Below are positions 9,688 to 18,620 of a DNA stretch of 54,718 bases, piece by piece; within the stretch, counting starts at the first letter, position 1, and each line of letters starts with the position of its first letter. Location: assembly GCA_963662665.2 (NCBI GenBank), contig CAXXJS010000007.1:1-54718 (forward strand), read 5' to 3'. The position numbers and the translations under genes were made by a program. This DNA is from Candidatus Latescibacterota bacterium. Lineage in GTDB: Bacteria > Latescibacterota > UBA2968 > GCA-2709665. The notes below the pieces were generated by a model. That model saw only the letters and a program-made list of their open reading frames with translations, ran no database searches and was not told the origin of the DNA.

Positions 9688-11943
9688 TTGTCCAATCCTC
9701 GTTTCGAAAGACCGTCGCCCGTACCCGGTCTGGGGCTGGAGGGCTATGCCGACGAAATTTCGCTGCCGGCCGGAGCGGAAATCGGTTTCAAACTGGGTGG
9801 TCCTCCTGGTGCTGCCAATCTGAACCTCGCGCGGCTGATACACGGGGATCCGAATCCCGACGGACCGGGTTACAGGGAAGAGCCGGTCTTCTGGGGGCAG
9901 CCGGACAGGGTCGACGTGCACTATCAGGTTACGGATTATGGTTCATTCGTAGAAGTTCCGCACGCCAACACCCTGAATCCGGACGGAGCGTTTACCGTGG
10001 CGCTCTGGTTTCGGCCAACGCTGGGTGGCGGGGGATGGCGCGCCCTGGCGGTGAAGTGGGCGCCTGGCAACCTGAGTTACGGGATTTTTTTCGCCGGCGA
10101 GCGGTTCCTGACGGCTGCCGTGTCACACGATGGAGAGACGGCACAATGGGCAACCGCCAGAGAGGCCATCCATGTTGGCAACTGGCAGTTCGCGGCGTTT
10201 ACGTACCAACCCGATTCGGGTGGCATCCGTCTCTATCAGCAGATCGGGGACACGGCGGGCGTGGTTGAAACCAGATCGTCCTCCGACGCGCTGAGTCTTG
10301 CATCCAGGAACGTCAAGAATGGTCCGGTGTTTCCGGGCAGAGCGCCGCTGTTGTTCGGCGCTTGCCCGGACCCCGACCGCGAAGGCATCCATTGGGCCCA
10401 TTTTACGGGCAAAATCGCACATCCCGTGCTTTTTGAAACCGCGCTCGATCCCAAAGATATCCGTGCACTCGCGGCCGGCCGGAATCCTTCAACGCTGGGA
10501 CCACTGCTGGGATGCTGGCATCTCGGCCGCGAGGTGACCGGTGTCCGCGTCGTCGATCTATCCGGCAACGGGAATCACGGGCTTGCCGTAAATGCGCCGG
10601 GGCGTGCGGTCACGGGACCGTTCTGGAAAGGAATGCCGTCGCGGCTCTATACGGACCAACCAGACGATTACAATGCGGTCTACCTGCACGAAGACGATCT
10701 GGAAGATGCGGATTGGGCGACGTCTTTCGCCGTGGATGTACCTCCCAACGCCAGGTCCGGCATCTATACGCTACGCGCCGAAACAGGTGCTGAAACACTC
10801 TTCGTGCCGTTCATCGTGACATCCAGGACGCCGCGGTCGGAATTGGCATGCCTTATCCCCACGCTCACTTGGCAGGCGTACCGAAGCAACCGTGCGGCGT
10901 ACAGCTATACCGAAGACGGTGTGCTGGATCGCGCGCTATGTACTTACGACGTTCATAGCGACGGGTCGATGGTTTACTATTGCTCGCGCCTTCAGCCAAC
11001 GCGCGGATGGAATCCCAGAGCGGGATTTCAAAACTGGGGCGCACACAACATTACCGCGAATCTCTACCTGATCGACTGGCTGGACGCACTCACGTTCGAA
11101 TACGACGTCTTTGCGGACGAGGATCTGCACGTCGGGGGCGCCGGGCTTCTTTCGAAATATCGATGTGTGATTCTGGGAAGTCATCCCGAATACCACACCG
11201 AAAACATGGTCGACAGCCTGGCGGCGTACGTGCGAAACGGCGGCCGTCTCGTCTATTTGAGCGGCAATGGTCTGTACTGGGTGATGTCCGTCGATCCGCA
11301 GCGGCCCCATCTGCTTGAACTTCGCAGGGGAGGAGAGGGCGACTACGGCCCCACGTACGATCCCGCGCCCGGAGAATCGCAACACAGCACGACGCTGGAA
11401 CTCGGGGGATTATGGGCGAGGAGGGGACGCCCTCCCCGGCGGACGGTCGGCGTTGAACACGCCTCCAATGCCTGGATGGAAACGGAAGAAAAAAGGGGCT
11501 TTCGGCGACTTCCGTCGAGCAGGGACGCCAGGTACGCGTGGATTTTCGACGGCGTCGGGAGTGATGAAATTATCGGAGATTTCGGCCTGAACCTGGGCAG
11601 TGCGGCCGGCTTTGAAATGGACGCCGTTCAGGATTGGGTGTGGGATCGGCTTACCCCTGAACCGGTTGTACTCGCCCGGACGGCTCATCCCGGATTTATC
11701 CCCGCCCGACGTACGCACGTTCCGCCGACGGCGGATCTGGCGATTATGGATTATCCCGGAGGCGGTGCGGTTTTTTCGGCAGGCTCCGTAACCTGGACGG
11801 GCAGCCTCTCACATAACGGCTATTCGAATAATGTCTCCACCGTCACCCGCAACGTGATCCGCAGATTTCTGAATTCGCCTGCCGGCCGGACGGTACTTGG
11901 CGGCGCCGGTGGGCCAACGCCGGCACATGCATCTTCCAGCTGA
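9688..11943 (+). CDS. N,N-dimethylformamidase large (beta) subunit family protein with LamG-like insertion
   Basis: RLIHGDPNPDGPG, LamG/ConA-like segment, HEDDLEDADW, TWQAY, YDVHSDGS, GSHPEY, YLSGNGLYW, GGAVFSAGS; TTG start. Confidence 0.85.
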   Translation: MSNPRFERPSPVPGLGLEGYADEISLPAGAEIGFKLGGPPGAANLNLARLIHGDPNPDGPGYREEPVFWGQPDRVDVHYQVTDYGSFVEVPHANTLNPDGAFTVALWFRPTLGGGGWRALAVKWAPGNLSYGIFFAGERFLTAAVSHDGETAQWATAREAIHVGNWQFAAFTYQPDSGGIRLYQQIGDTAGVVETRSSSDALSLASRNVKNGPVFPGRAPLLFGACPDPDREGIHWAHFTGKIAHPVLFETALDPKDIRALAAGRNPSTLGPLLGCWHLGREVTGVRVVDLSGNGNHGLAVNAPGRAVTGPFWKGMPSRLYTDQPDDYNAVYLHEDDLEDADWATSFAVDVPPNARSGIYTLRAETGAETLFVPFIVTSRTPRSELACLIPTLTWQAYRSNRAAYSYTEDGVLDRALCTYDVHSDGSMVYYCSRLQPTRGWNPRAGFQNWGAHNITANLYLIDWLDALTFEYDVFADEDLHVGGAGLLSKYRCVILGSHPEYHTENMVDSLAAYVRNGGRLVYLSGNGLYWVMSVDPQRPHLLELRRGGEGDYGPTYDPAPGESQHSTTLELGGLWARRGRPPRRTVGVEHASNAWMETEEKRGFRRLPSSRDARYAWIFDGVGSDEIIGDFGLNLGSAAGFEMDAVQDWVWDRLTPEPVVLARTAHPGFIPARRTHVPPTADLAIMDYPGGGAVFSAGSVTWTGSLSHNGYSNNVSTVTRNVIRRFLNSPAGRTVLGGAGGPTPAHASSS

Positions 11944-11973
11944 TCAATAGCGGCGCAGGGAGAACCCAGTGAA

Positions 11974-13041
11974 ATGGACGCCGGAATGCCGGTAAACACC
12001 CGAAGCCTGTTGCAGCGCCTCGACGAAGACGGCGTGATATGCGCTGAGGGGTACCTGTTCGAACTCGAACGTCGAGGATATCTGCAGGCGGGGCCATTCG
12101 TTCCGGAAGTCGTGCTTGAGCAACCGGAAGTCGTGGCCGGGCTGCATCGGGAATTCTGGCGCGCGGGTTCGGACGTGATCGAGGCGTTTACGTACTACGC
12201 CCATCGGGAAAAACTGCGCACTATCGGCAAGGAGCATCTTCTCGAACCCCTGCAGAAAAGAGCGCTGGTGATAGCAAAGTCGGTCGCGGAATCCGTCGAA
12301 GGAGAACGCCCTCTGGTTGCCGGCAACATTTGCAACACCAACATTTGGGATCCGGAGGATCGGGCCACGGACGAGCAGGTGCAAGCGATGTTCGACGAAC
12401 AGGTGGGCTGGGCGGCTGAGGCGGGTGTCGATTTCATGATCGCAGAGACGTTTTCCTACTTCGGAGAGGCCGCACTGGCGCTGGCATCCATCAAACGGGC
12501 TGGAATGACGGCCGTGGTGACGTTTGCGCACCATCGGGAGGAAGGGTTGAGGGACGGATTGCTGCTCGAAGAGGCCGCAAGGCGTCTGGAGCAGGCCGGT
12601 GCGGATGTAGTGGGGGTAAATTGCGCCAGGGGTCCCAAAACGATGCTGCCCGACGTGGAGCGCATCCGGCGTGCGGTATCCTGTCACGTGGCGGCGCTGC
12701 CGGTACCGTATCGTACGACGGATGACCAACCGACGTTTCAATCACTTCGGGAGGCGGGTAATGAAGCCCTGCCCGAGGGACGTTCGTTTCCGACGGCTCT
12801 GGATCCCTTCACATGCCACAGGTATGAAATGGCCGAGTTTGCGCGTCGTGCGTCTAACATGGGTGTCCGTTACCTCGGCTGCTGCTGTGGGTCGGGGCCC
12901 CATCACGTCAGGTCGATTGCGGAAGCGTTGGGACGAGTCCCGCCAGCCGGCCGGTACTCTCCCGACATGTCCAGGCACTACGCGCTGGGCAGCGATTCCA
13001 GCCTCAAGAGCCACAATCAGGAATTCGTCGATAGGCTGTGA
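11974..13041 (+). CDS. Betaine-homocysteine S-methyltransferase-like protein
   Basis: CAEGYLFELERRGYLQAGPFVPE, AFTYY, ET, GVNC and GCCCG zinc ligands typical of BHMT. Confidence 0.88.
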   Translation: MDAGMPVNTRSLLQRLDEDGVICAEGYLFELERRGYLQAGPFVPEVVLEQPEVVAGLHREFWRAGSDVIEAFTYYAHREKLRTIGKEHLLEPLQKRALVIAKSVAESVEGERPLVAGNICNTNIWDPEDRATDEQVQAMFDEQVGWAAEAGVDFMIAETFSYFGEAALALASIKRAGMTAVVTFAHHREEGLRDGLLLEEAARRLEQAGADVVGVNCARGPKTMLPDVERIRRAVSCHVAALPVPYRTTDDQPTFQSLREAGNEALPEGRSFPTALDPFTCHRYEMAEFARRASNMGVRYLGCCCGSGPHHVRSIAEALGRVPPAGRYSPDMSRHYALGSDSSLKSHNQEFVDRL

Positions 13042-13183
13042 GAAATCCCGCGCCGACACGGTTTCGGCAATGATGTTTTCCCGTAGCCGGCCAGTGTTCC
13101 GGAGGGCTCCGGTGACCGTGTCGAACCTGGCGTAGGGATTACCGGCGGGAAAGAGTCCATTTGAACCCGGAGCGTTCAAGTCG

Positions 13184-14785
13184 ATGCGATCCTGTGCGCT
13201 CGCTATTGCGGAAACCCTACATGAAGGCGGGGTCCGGTACGTATTCGGTCATCCGGGCGGCGAGGTGGTGGATCTGATCGATGCGCTGGAGAACACGGGA
13301 ATCCGATTCGTGCTGACCGGCCACGAGGCCGCCGCCGCCTTCATGGCCAGCGCCGTCGGGCGCCTGACGGGGATTCCCGGCGTATGCCTTGCGACGCTGG
13401 GGCCTGGCGCTTGCAATCTGGTACTGGGAGTCGGCGCCGCTTACCTCGACAGGGATCCGATGCTGGCGATATCGGCACGGAGCCCGGCGTCGCGGATGGG
13501 CGTGAGCCAGAAACAGAATCTGCCACTCAATGAATTGTTCGATCCAATCTGCAAATGGTCCGTCGCACTGGGAGAGACCGGCGTCGAAGCGACCGTGCGG
13601 TCCGGCATGCTGCGCGCTTTGGCGCCGGCAGCTGGCCCGGTATACCTCACGATACCGAATGATGTCGCAGTGGCCGATGCGCCGCACGCCCCGGCCGAGG
13701 GTCCGTCCTCCTCGACTCGCGTATGCAACGGGGACCTTGAAGCGATAACGAAGGCGCTGAATCGGGCCAAACGTCCGGTTGGCATTGTGGGCGTCGCGAT
13801 GAATGCTCGGCTGGATTTCGCCGCAGTACGTCGATTTTTCTCAATAACGCAAATTCCCTACGTTGTGCTTCCACAAGCAAAGGGCATCCCGGATGAGTTT
13901 GCACAGGGTTACCTGGGCACGGTGGCATCGGCAGCGGGAGACGCCGTTCTTGTGGAAATGATCGGGCGAAGCGATTGCCTGTTAGGCGTGGGCTTCGAGC
14001 CCGTGGAGTCGGCCCAGGACTGGCACCTTCAACAACCGGTCTACTCCCTGGCCAATTCCTCTATCGCCTTTGGCGACTTTGAACCGGTTTCGGAGTGCGT
14101 GGGCGACGTCACATTGTTGCTCGACCGGTCGTTGGATAGATATAATGGAGGCGAACGCTGGCCCACGGCTGAAATCCGCTGCGTGCGGGCTGCAGTCGCG
14201 GATACGATCCGTCCTGAAACGGAGGCCAGCGCCAACGGTCTTTCGCCTTACCATTTGATGCGTGAATTGTTCAATACGCTGCCCGGGGAGACCATACTTT
14301 CAGTCGACGTTGGCGCCCACAAGATGCTGATTTCGCAGGTCTGGCGTGCCCGTGCGCCGGGGACGTTTCTGACGTCAAACGGCCTGTCCGCGATGGGCTA
14401 CGGCCTGCCGTCCGCGCTTGCGGCCGGGCTGGTTCGGCCCGGCCGACCCGTGGTGGGCGTATTTGGCGACGCCGGTTTTTCGATGATGGTTCAGGAACTG
14501 GAAACGGCTCGCAGGTTGCGTTTGTGTCCATTATTCGTGGTGCTGTGCGACCGGTCTCTGGCAATCGTGAAAGTTGCGCAAGCCATGCGAAATATCCCGC
14601 ACCGGGGCGTTGATTTGCTGGCGGTCGATTGGGCACGGGTCGCCGATGGGTTCGGTGCAAGGGGAGTGACTGTGACCACCCTGCGTGAAATGCGGAAGGT
14701 GGGGGAGGAGTGGCTGGCGAATCCGCAGTTAACGGTGGTGGCTGCGCAAGTGGACGAGGAATTATACACAGCAATGGAATATTGA
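13184..14785 (+). CDS. Thiamine diphosphate-dependent enzyme (acetolactate synthase-like family)
   Basis: VFGHPGGE, HEAAAAFMA, TLGPGACN, DVGAHK, MGYGLP, GDAGF ThDP motif. Confidence 0.87.
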   Translation: MRSCALAIAETLHEGGVRYVFGHPGGEVVDLIDALENTGIRFVLTGHEAAAAFMASAVGRLTGIPGVCLATLGPGACNLVLGVGAAYLDRDPMLAISARSPASRMGVSQKQNLPLNELFDPICKWSVALGETGVEATVRSGMLRALAPAAGPVYLTIPNDVAVADAPHAPAEGPSSSTRVCNGDLEAITKALNRAKRPVGIVGVAMNARLDFAAVRRFFSITQIPYVVLPQAKGIPDEFAQGYLGTVASAAGDAVLVEMIGRSDCLLGVGFEPVESAQDWHLQQPVYSLANSSIAFGDFEPVSECVGDVTLLLDRSLDRYNGGERWPTAEIRCVRAAVADTIRPETEASANGLSPYHLMRELFNTLPGETILSVDVGAHKMLISQVWRARAPGTFLTSNGLSAMGYGLPSALAAGLVRPGRPVVGVFGDAGFSMMVQELETARRLRLCPLFVVLCDRSLAIVKVAQAMRNIPHRGVDLLAVDWARVADGFGARGVTVTTLREMRKVGEEWLANPQLTVVAAQVDEELYTAMEY

Positions 14786-14839
14786 GATTTGGAAGCGTTC
14801 CGGTGACTCAACGACCGGGACGTGAACGATGGGAAGCAC

Positions 14840-16177
14840 ATGAGTCTGCCGGAACACGTAAAATATCTGATTATTGGCGCCGGAGTGCACGGTCTGAGTA
14901 CGGGTTACCACCTCGCGCGTGAGTTGAAACGGCGGTGCAGGGGCGTCGGGTCGGACGTGCTGATTTTGGACAAGACCGGGGTGGCCGCGGGAGCCTCCGG
15001 CATTGCCTGCGGTGTGATCCGCAACAACTATTTCCAGCCGGCCATGCGCGAACTGATGGCGCACAGCGTCGAAATCTGGGAAACCGACCCGGAGGTATAC
15101 AGTTATCACCCTGTCGGCTACATGCAGATCAGCCCCGAGTCGATGCACGACGACGTTGCAGGCATCGCTCAACAGCAGGCTGAGATCGGTTACGAATCCG
15201 AGTTTATCGAAGGAGAAGCAGACTGCATGAAATATATGCTGAGTCTGTTTCACGACTGGCAGGCGAGGGGAATCACATCTGTTCTTCACGAAAAAAGAGG
15301 GGGTTACGCCAACAACCGTGCGTCGATGATGGGCCTGGCGGCCAAGGCCGGGAGCGAGGGCGTTGGGATAATGAAAGGTGTTACAGTAACCGGTTTTCGG
15401 TACGATGGCGGTGCGATTTCGGCGGTAGAAACGAATCGCGGCGTGATCCGCACAGACGAGGTTGTCATTGCCGTGGGGCCGTGGGCTAAACTGCTCTGGG
15501 ATATGCTGGATCTGCCCGCGTCGGTGAGCATCATGGGTTTGGATGGCGTCCTGCGTCGCGACATTCCAATGTGGAGCTACTGGTGTTTACAGGAAGGGAC
15601 GCTGGGCGTCGACCCCGGCTTTCTAGAGACCAACGATGGCAGAATGCCCCCCGTAATTCATCTGGACACCGACGCGCCACTCCATTCGGACGTGGACGGT
15701 TCGCTGATTACTGATCGCCTATGGGGAATATACTACAAACCCGATTTCCACTTCGGTGGCGTGCAGGGAGGAGCGATGCCCTACCGGGTGGAAAGACCGC
15801 CGGACGAGATCGCGGTGGACCCGTATGGTCCGGAATCTCCCGATTTCATCGTTGGCGACCAATTCGCGCACCACTGGTGTTCCGCGCTGGCGTTCTGCCA
15901 CAAGCGGTTTGAGGGAACCTCTCCACGCTTCAGGAAAGAGCCATCCGGCGGTATCGGCGCGTTTACGCCCGACAGTTTCCCGGTGTTCGACCGGTTTCAC
16001 AAGAATTGCTACATCATTGCCGATTCCAACCACGGGTACAAGATGATTGGCGTGGGGAAGCTTGTGGCGGAGGAACTCCTGGGCGGACGTTCCCGTCTCC
16101 TGGAGCCGTTCCGTTTCTCACGTTACGCCGAGGGCAGGCTGCACCCCGTATCCAACAGCCCGTTCCCGTGGAGCTGA
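14840..16177 (+). CDS. FAD-dependent oxidoreductase, DAO / sarcosine oxidase beta-like
   Basis: IIGAGVHGLSTGYHLA, GASGIACGVIRNNY, AVGPW, TPDSFPV, HGYK; ATG at 14840. Confidence 0.87.
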   Translation: MSLPEHVKYLIIGAGVHGLSTGYHLARELKRRCRGVGSDVLILDKTGVAAGASGIACGVIRNNYFQPAMRELMAHSVEIWETDPEVYSYHPVGYMQISPESMHDDVAGIAQQQAEIGYESEFIEGEADCMKYMLSLFHDWQARGITSVLHEKRGGYANNRASMMGLAAKAGSEGVGIMKGVTVTGFRYDGGAISAVETNRGVIRTDEVVIAVGPWAKLLWDMLDLPASVSIMGLDGVLRRDIPMWSYWCLQEGTLGVDPGFLETNDGRMPPVIHLDTDAPLHSDVDGSLITDRLWGIYYKPDFHFGGVQGGAMPYRVERPPDEIAVDPYGPESPDFIVGDQFAHHWCSALAFCHKRFEGTSPRFRKEPSGGIGAFTPDSFPVFDRFHKNCYIIADSNHGYKMIGVGKLVAEELLGGRSRLLEPFRFSRYAEGRLHPVSNSPFPWS

Positions 16178-16358
16178 GCTTCGAACACAAGCGTCGGAAC
16201 ACCGGATTGCCGGAGCAGTCTATAGAGCGCAGTCAGGTTTGACCGGCCCTGCGACGTCGGGGTTCCGGCCGCACTGTCGAACCCGTTTTCTGCCATTCGC
16301 GGCTGCGAAACGGGAATTAACGTGCCGGTTTCCTGTCCTATAGAGAGAGATTGCGTCG

Positions 16359-17606
16359 ATGCAATATCCCGATGTCCAACGACGTATGCGGGTTCGTCAC
16401 ACCGATTGGGGAGACGCTGTACGTATCGACCTCAATCAACTCGGGGCCCACATGCCGTCACGGGGACCGCAGGGCGCGACGTGGTCGGAGGCAACAGGCG
16501 AGGCTTTGCGGGACGAATGGTCGGAATCCCAGAACGAGGCGCTTTGCGACACACTGACGGACGTCGCCGCCGGATTGGGCGGAAGCTTCGATTCGTTTGC
16601 CGAGTGGACGGTTCTGCACAACAGACGGTACGACGGCACCCACATGCGAGATGCGCGGCGGGCGCGATTCAGCCCGGGGTACCGCGCAGCGATCACGACA
16701 CTCGGCTGGGCGCATCCGAATGCCGCGCTTTCAACGTGTATTCAGGCGGTGGGTTATGTGCCGAAAACCCGCGCGACGTTCGAACAGACCTCGTGGCGGC
16801 CTGAATCGCTGTACGATACCGAGTTTATGGCGCTTGCGCCTGCCGTTGTGACGAGGTTCGGTGGGGGCCGGCAGATCCATTTGTCGGGCGTCGTCGCGTG
16901 GGACGACGACATTAATCCGCTATTCGAAGGACAGCCGGAGCGTCAGATTTCGTACGTGTTCGACCTCATCCAGGACGTATTTCACGAGGCTGGCGGATCC
17001 CTGGCGGACGTTGTGCGTCTCCGTCCGTTCGCGCACTCCACGAGGATTGCGCGACTCATCCGGACGGAGGTTGGCCGCCGCTGGGCGGGCAATCCACACC
17101 CCGTGGTCATGATGTCGGACAGCCGGCACTTTGGAGACCCGCCCAGCCTGTATGCTGAGATACAGGTGATGGGTGTCATCTCGGACAACCGCTGTGGTGT
17201 GCGACACTCGGAGATGGAACTTCCAGCCGGGATTACGGGTGACGGCCTGACGTGTATTCGAAGCTGCCGGGCTCGAGATTGGGAACTGATCCAGGTGGGC
17301 GAACTTCGTGCGCTCCCAGGCTCGGACGGGAAACGGGAGGCGGCGCAGGTCACCGAACAGATTGCAGCGATTCTTGAGGGAGCGTCGCTCACGCGCGGCG
17401 ATATCTGTCTGATATTTGCCTATGTCAGTTCTCCTGAAACAGCCGCAGCCTTTTCGGAAGCCGTGTCCGAGGCCGTGCCGCCGGACACGGTACACGTGTT
17501 GCCCTGTCCGCCCATGCCCGAACTGGCGGGGCGCCGGATCAAGGTGGAGATGACGGCAAGAAAACGCCTGGAGACGGACTCGAAGACGGCTTCCGGGCAC
17601 CCATGA
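16359..17606 (+). CDS. Tandem Rid (YjgF/YER057c/UK114)-like domain protein
   Basis: Central unit IHLSGVVA...QISYVFD...EAGGSLADVVRL...EIQVMG is Rid-like; the flanking units show weaker similar patterns. Confidence 0.62.
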   Translation: MQYPDVQRRMRVRHTDWGDAVRIDLNQLGAHMPSRGPQGATWSEATGEALRDEWSESQNEALCDTLTDVAAGLGGSFDSFAEWTVLHNRRYDGTHMRDARRARFSPGYRAAITTLGWAHPNAALSTCIQAVGYVPKTRATFEQTSWRPESLYDTEFMALAPAVVTRFGGGRQIHLSGVVAWDDDINPLFEGQPERQISYVFDLIQDVFHEAGGSLADVVRLRPFAHSTRIARLIRTEVGRRWAGNPHPVVMMSDSRHFGDPPSLYAEIQVMGVISDNRCGVRHSEMELPAGITGDGLTCIRSCRARDWELIQVGELRALPGSDGKREAAQVTEQIAAILEGASLTRGDICLIFAYVSSPETAAAFSEAVSEAVPPDTVHVLPCPPMPELAGRRIKVEMTARKRLETDSKTASGHP

Positions 17607-17648
17607 AGATTCCGGCTGCAAGGGTGCGTAGTTCCCGCGGACAATACG

Positions 17649-17677
17649 GGAACGAATGACACCGAAAGCCGGTCTAA
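17649..17677 (+). promoter_or_regulatory. Possible ECF sigma-type promoter for the transporter operon
   Basis: GGAAC (17649-17653) ... GTCTAA (17672-17677), about 46 nt upstream of the ABC ATPase ATG. Confidence 0.3.
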
Positions 17678-17723
17678 TGCATAGAGTGCCGCACATCTCC
17701 GGTACCCGGTTGAGGGGCCCGAA

Positions 17724-18614
17724 ATGCGAATCAACACAACGAGTCTGACGAAAATCTATCAAAAGGGGGCCGCGCCTGCACTGGACAACGTGGACCTGGA
17801 AATCGGACAGGGTACATTCGGGCTGCTGGGACCGAATGGTGCCGGGAAAACCACGCTTATAAAGATACTTTCAACCCAGATGGCGCCAACGGCCGGCGAG
17901 GTCAGAATTGGCGCATGGGATCTGCGGCGAAACCGTTCCGAAGTGCGTCGAAGGCTGGGATATCTTCCTCAGCATTTCGGAGCGTATCCGCAACTGACGG
18001 CGTGGGAGTTTCTGGATTATATGGACCGGCTGGCCGCCGGGCACCGTCGGAACGGCAGAAGGGCGCGGGTACGGGATGCGTTGGAAAACGTGGGGCTATA
18101 CGATGCGCGTGACCGTCGGACCGGCACGTTTTCCGGGGGAATGATGCGCCGACTCGGCGTTGCACAGGCCATTGTGGGCGATCCTGAAATTCTGATTGTG
18201 GACGAGCCCACGGTGGGTCTCGATCCGGAAGAACGCATTCGTTTTCGGGGGATTCTCGCCCGGTTGAGCCGGGATCGGGCCATATTGATTTCAACCCACA
18301 TTGTTGGTGACATTTCGAGTACCTGCGATGATCTGGCCGTGCTGAATGCCGGGCGGATCGTTTACAGGGGATCGCCGGCAACTCTGGTCGCCCGCGCCGA
18401 TGGCAAGACCTGGCGCGTGCAGGCGGACGACGCCGGCTTCGAGAAAATCTCCAGACGTTTTCTGGTCGTGACGGTCGCCGTGGACGGCGGACGGATGGAT
18501 CTTCGGATCGTGGGCGATGGCCAACCGCCCGGCAACGCGGAGCCGGTTTCGCCGAACCTCGAAGATGCGTATGTTTATTTTATCGGTATGGAGAACCAGG
18601 AAAGGGCGGCGTGA
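17724..18614 (+). CDS. ABC transporter ATP-binding protein (ABC-2/DrrA-like)
   Basis: GPNGAGKTT, FSGGM, ILIVDEPT, STH, C-terminal PNLEDAY. Confidence 0.95.
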   Translation: MRINTTSLTKIYQKGAAPALDNVDLEIGQGTFGLLGPNGAGKTTLIKILSTQMAPTAGEVRIGAWDLRRNRSEVRRRLGYLPQHFGAYPQLTAWEFLDYMDRLAAGHRRNGRRARVRDALENVGLYDARDRRTGTFSGGMMRRLGVAQAIVGDPEILIVDEPTVGLDPEERIRFRGILARLSRDRAILISTHIVGDISSTCDDLAVLNAGRIVYRGSPATLVARADGKTWRVQADDAGFEKISRRFLVVTVAVDGGRMDLRIVGDGQPPGNAEPVSPNLEDAYVYFIGMENQERAA

Positions 18615-18620
18615 GTCGCA

